A stretch of DNA of 64,000 nt, from contig OZ245006.1 of assembly GCA_965223545.1 (NCBI GenBank), positions 3,456,001 through 3,520,000 on the forward strand, read 5' to 3'. Shown here one piece after another: positions 60,091 through 64,000 of the stretch. A program made the translations under genes and the position numbers. The first letter of the stretch is position 1, and the number at the start of each line of letters is the position of its first letter. Below the pieces are notes generated by a model. It saw only the letters and a program-made list of their open reading frames with translations. It was not told the DNA's origin and searched no databases. This DNA comes from Planctomycetota bacterium (GTDB taxonomy: Bacteria > Planctomycetota > UBA1135 > UBA2386).

Positions 60091-61566
60091 ATGCACCGCC
60101 CAACTTCCAGCGCCCGATTCGCCTGCGCGCTCGCCGTTTGCGCCGCCACCATCGAAGCCCAGACCACGGACTGGTCACAGTTCCTCGGCAGCGACGTGTC
60201 CGCGCGGGGCGAAGGCGCGCAAACGCTGTCGTTCGACCGCGATAACGACCTACTCTACCGGGTCGCGATCCCGCCCGGCGAGTCGTCGCCGTGCGTGATC
60301 GGCGACCACATCTTCCTCACCGGAGTCGACGATGGTCAGCTCGTGATGTTCGCGCTCGACCGCGAGACCGGCCGCGAGCTCTGGCGGCACGCGGTTCCTG
60401 GCCCGAAGAGCTTCGACTTCATGCACCCCGACGCCGGGGTCGCGATGCCGACGGCGTGCAGCAACGGCCAGCGCGTGTTCTTCTACTTCCCGAGCTACGG
60501 GCTCATCGCCCGAACGATGGACGGCGAGTTGGCTTGGGAGAAGCAGCTGCCCGACCCGGCCGCCAACTTCGGCATCGGTAGCTCGCCGCGGCTGTGGAAG
60601 GACACTCTGTTCTTGCTGCGCGACGGCTGTCCGGACGGCAAGTTCTACGCCCTCGACGAGGAGACCGGGGAGGAACGGTGGTCCCTGCCACGGCTGGCGT
60701 TCCGCGACAGCCACGCGACACCGTTCATCTGGGAGAACGCGCAGCGCACCGAGCTCGTCCTCGCCAGCACCGGCACCGTGGTGGCGTACGATCCGACCAA
60801 CGGTGACGAGCTGTGGCGCGTCGAAGGCTTGACCCCGCTGGTCTGCACCACCCCCACCGCCAGCAGGGATCGGCTCTACTTCGCCGGGTGGTCGACGATC
60901 TCCGCCGCCGGGCCCGACCGCTTGCTGGCCGGGATGGAAACGCCACTGGAGCTGACCCAGGAAGAGCGCGACGACCCGGCGAAGATGTTCGCCCGCGTCG
61001 ACGCCAACGACGACGGCAAGATCGTGGCGGACGAGATCCCACCGGGCCGCGCGCGGACGGCCTTCGACTTCCTCGACCAGAATGGCGACGGCGGCATCAG
61101 CGTCGACGAGTGGACCGGACTGATGCGCTTGCCGGTGATGGGCAAGAACCTGCTGGTGTCGATCAAGCCGGGAGGCGAGGGCAACGTCACCGACACCCAC
61201 GTCGAGTGGGAAGTCAAGCGCGGCATCCCGTACGTCTCCTCCCCGCTGCTGTACGACGGCCGCATCTACATGACGAAGGCCGGCGGCATCCTCAGCTGCA
61301 TCGACGCCGAGACCGGAGATCCGCGCTTCCGGCGCGCGCGACTCGACGACCACAGCGAGTACTACGCGACGCCGATCGGGGTCGACGGACACGTTGTCAT
61401 CTGCGCCAGCGGCGGGACGGTGTTCGTCCTCGAGGCGGCGGACGAGCTCAAGGTCGTGCGCGCCGTCGACTTTGGCGAACGCATCTTCGCCACCCCGGCC
61501 ATCGCTCGAGGGCGGGTGTACTTGCGCACGCAGAAGGCGCTGTACGCGTTCGGCCAAGGCGGCTAG
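60091..61566 (+). CDS. Secreted PQQ-like beta-propeller protein with EF-hand insert
   Basis: DWSQFLG, SSP, TGxELW repeats. DANDDGKIVADE and DQNGDGGISVDE loops. Confidence 0.85.
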   Translation: MHRPTSSARFACALAVCAATIEAQTTDWSQFLGSDVSARGEGAQTLSFDRDNDLLYRVAIPPGESSPCVIGDHIFLTGVDDGQLVMFALDRETGRELWRHAVPGPKSFDFMHPDAGVAMPTACSNGQRVFFYFPSYGLIARTMDGELAWEKQLPDPAANFGIGSSPRLWKDTLFLLRDGCPDGKFYALDEETGEERWSLPRLAFRDSHATPFIWENAQRTELVLASTGTVVAYDPTNGDELWRVEGLTPLVCTTPTASRDRLYFAGWSTISAAGPDRLLAGMETPLELTQEERDDPAKMFARVDANDDGKIVADEIPPGRARTAFDFLDQNGDGGISVDEWTGLMRLPVMGKNLLVSIKPGGEGNVTDTHVEWEVKRGIPYVSSPLLYDGRIYMTKAGGILSCIDAETGDPRFRRARLDDHSEYYATPIGVDGHVVICASGGTVFVLEAADELKVVRAVDFGERIFATPAIARGRVYLRTQKALYAFGQGG

Positions 61567-61586
61567 GGGCTACGAGTCGGTCCCCG

Positions 61587-63965
61587 TCAGCGCGGGGCGA
61601 TCCGCAGCTCCACCGGCTGGACGCCACTTCGAGTGACGATGAGCTGTTGCGAGACATCACCGGCGAGGACACCGCCGCCGACGGTCACGGTGAACGACCC
61701 CGCCGGTAGCCACCAAGTCTCCTCCGCCAACACCACGCCACCGCCCGCGGCTTCACCGCCGAAGTTGGGGTGCGGCACGAGAAGGTGCGACCACTCGACG
61801 ACCTCGCCCGCATCGTCTTCCACCGACAGCCGGACCACCGAGCGCGGTGGCCACTGCCTCGGGCCGATCAGTCTGACGCGCGTCTCGTTCCCCGCGACCG
61901 GCTGAATGGTGCGCTGCAGCGACTCACCCACCTCCAGCACGAACTCCACCCGCTGGGAGAGACTGCCGACGAGACGGATCAGCGCGTCGTAGCGTCCCGG
62001 CGAAAGGCGCGTCAGGTCCACGTGCTCACCGGCGATGGACTCCGACCGCACCGTCCGCCCGTCGCGGCGCAGCCAGACGCCGCCCTCGGCGGGCGCGCCG
62101 TCCGGCGAGTCCTCGAACACCAATCGGATCGAGGCGGCGGGTTGCAGCTGCAGGACCCCGACGTCGCGCTCGGCGCCCGCCACCAGCTGCAGACCGCCGC
62201 GCTCGAGTAGTGGGGCGCCGGCAACGTCGACGCGCACGCGATAGACACCGGCCGGCACTGGACCGAACGTGAAGCGACCGCCGGCATCCGCGAGCTGCAT
62301 CCACAATCCCGAGTCATCATCGGCGCCGAAACCGATCTCGGCGCCGGCCGCCGGCGTGCCGTCGGCCGCCAAGACCAGGCCGCGAAGGCTCGCGTTGGCG
62401 CGGCGATGCGCGGGCACGACCAGCTCGAGCGCGGGCCCCGCGGCACGCACGCGATCGACCTTCAACGACGGCTGGCGTGGTCGAGCGCGCGGGTCGATGA
62501 CGGTGATGTCGTAGTGTTCCGGGCCGAGGCCGCGCACCTCGAACGCACCGTCCGCCGCGGAGACGGCGTAGCGGCGCCGGGTCCGCTCCCCGGGCTCTGT
62601 CTCGATGACGCTGACCTCGAGCCCCCCGACCGCCGCACCGCCCTCGTCGCGCAGCACGCCGCGCAGACTGTGCGGCGACTCCAACACCGGATCCCAACGG
62701 CCGGCGGCATCGACGGCGACCGAGAGTCTGTGGGCCGCCCGTCCGAACCCGTCGTGCACGGCTTCGAGCTCGACCGGGCCAGGGGTGATCCCGAGCAGCC
62801 GGTAGTTACCCGCGACATCGGTCTTGGCGGTCCACACGTCGACCGCGCCGCGCGCTCGTACGGTCGCGCCCTCGACCACCCGGCCCTCGGACACGACGGT
62901 GCCCCGCAGCGATCCTCCGCGGCGGAGCACGAACTCGCGCACGACCTCGCCGCCCGGCTCGAGCCGGATCCGGTCTCGCCATGGCGCGAACGCCAACGAG
63001 CGCACCACGACGTCGTGCTCACCACCGGGGATCCCGCGCAGTGCGAAGGAGCCGTCGGCATCGACCCCGACCGAGAACAGCGTGGGTCGATTGCCCCAAC
63101 GCCCGTCCTCGAGTTCGACCGAGTCGATCTGCGGCTGCCCGACCGAGACGCGAGCGCCGGGCACCGGCTGCCCGTCTCGGTCGACGACGCGACCGCGCAG
63201 CGCGCCCGCCCCTGCGCCGAGCTCCAGCTCGACCTCGACCGTCTCGCCGGCCGCACTCTCGATCAAATGCCGCAGCGACGGCGCATGCCGTTCGTGCACG
63301 GCCCCGACGCACACGCCGATGCTCGCCGTCTCCAGCTCGAAACGGCCACCCGCACCGCTCTCGGCGATCACCGCACCGTAGTGCGTGGACATCTCGGAGC
63401 TGAAGTAGATGCCGGCGCCGACGACCGGCGTGCCATCGCCGAGCACGACGCGCCCGCGCACGGTCAAACCACGCTCGATCTGCAGGGTCGCGCGCGTCGT
63501 CTCCCCTCCCGCAATCGCTACGTCTTGCCAGCCGCCGATCAGGGCGTGGGCCGACCATGCGCCGGGCGGGACTCCCTCGAAGAGCGCCGTCCCATCGGCC
63601 CCGGTTCGGGCCAAACGGCGCTGCCGATGGCCTCCACTCCGCGACACGCGCACCAGCTCGACGGCGACGCCCGGCACCGCTCGGCCGGTGGCTGCACGCT
63701 CGACGCGCAGAGACAACCCACCATCCGTGGCAAGCCCCTCTTCGACCACCGTTCTGGCGCGCTCGTCGTTCGCAGCCGTGACCGCCGGCGGCGGCGTGTC
63801 TCGAACGATCTCGCCACCGACCAGCCCCTCGGCTGGCACAGGTACGCGTGCACGCTCACCACCTGCTGCCAACGGAGCGGTGGGCCCCGGCGCGCGCGTC
63901 AGCAGCCAGCCCACCGACGAGAACACCGCGAGACCGATGATCGAGATCCAAGCTCCACGCCGCAT
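61587..63965 (-). CDS. Carboxypeptidase regulatory-like (Ig-like) repeat protein
   Basis: N-terminal anchor. Repeated GRVVxxDGxPVxGA...DGxF units. Confidence 0.8.
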   Translation of the reverse strand: MRRGAWISIIGLAVFSSVGWLLTRAPGPTAPLAAGGERARVPVPAEGLVGGEIVRDTPPPAVTAANDERARTVVEEGLATDGGLSLRVERAATGRAVPGVAVELVRVSRSGGHRQRRLARTGADGTALFEGVPPGAWSAHALIGGWQDVAIAGGETTRATLQIERGLTVRGRVVLGDGTPVVGAGIYFSSEMSTHYGAVIAESGAGGRFELETASIGVCVGAVHERHAPSLRHLIESAAGETVEVELELGAGAGALRGRVVDRDGQPVPGARVSVGQPQIDSVELEDGRWGNRPTLFSVGVDADGSFALRGIPGGEHDVVVRSLAFAPWRDRIRLEPGGEVVREFVLRRGGSLRGTVVSEGRVVEGATVRARGAVDVWTAKTDVAGNYRLLGITPGPVELEAVHDGFGRAAHRLSVAVDAAGRWDPVLESPHSLRGVLRDEGGAAVGGLEVSVIETEPGERTRRRYAVSAADGAFEVRGLGPEHYDITVIDPRARPRQPSLKVDRVRAAGPALELVVPAHRRANASLRGLVLAADGTPAAGAEIGFGADDDSGLWMQLADAGGRFTFGPVPAGVYRVRVDVAGAPLLERGGLQLVAGAERDVGVLQLQPAASIRLVFEDSPDGAPAEGGVWLRRDGRTVRSESIAGEHVDLTRLSPGRYDALIRLVGSLSQRVEFVLEVGESLQRTIQPVAGNETRVRLIGPRQWPPRSVVRLSVEDDAGEVVEWSHLLVPHPNFGGEAAGGGVVLAEETWWLPAGSFTVTVGGGVLAGDVSQQLIVTRSGVQPVELRIAPR

Positions 63966-64000
63966 CGGCGCAAAGCTACGCAGACCGGAGCCCAGGGTTC

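Overview
GC-rich bacterial chromosomal window, probably from an uncultured Planctomycetota-like organism (inferred from the L33 style and the many secreted sulfatase, PQQ-propeller, FG-GAP and carboxypeptidase-regulatory-repeat proteins; not verified). From the left it holds: the end of a nonulosonic acid (KDN/sialic-acid-type) operon; a small lower-GC islet with a HEPN-like ORF; a secreted beta-helix protein; fur-katG; a 3259-aa orphan hybrid NRPS-PKS with unusual domain order (docking-C-A-PCP-KS-AT-KR-ACP-DH-ER, no release domain); many secreted or envelope proteins; a divergent SBP/SBP-vWA plus membrane-anchored PspA-like locus; a receiver-motA-motB block whose MotB has a degenerate peptidoglycan-binding domain; an SDR/enoyl-CoA hydratase/acyl-CoA dehydrogenase operon; a diheme cytochrome c peroxidase; rpmG; and several methyltransferases. 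Non-coding signals include a perfect 44-bp-arm palindrome with related copies elsewhere, plus other repeats. No rRNA, tRNA, CRISPR array or transposase was recognised. All calls come from reading motifs by eye, and several start codons are my estimates.
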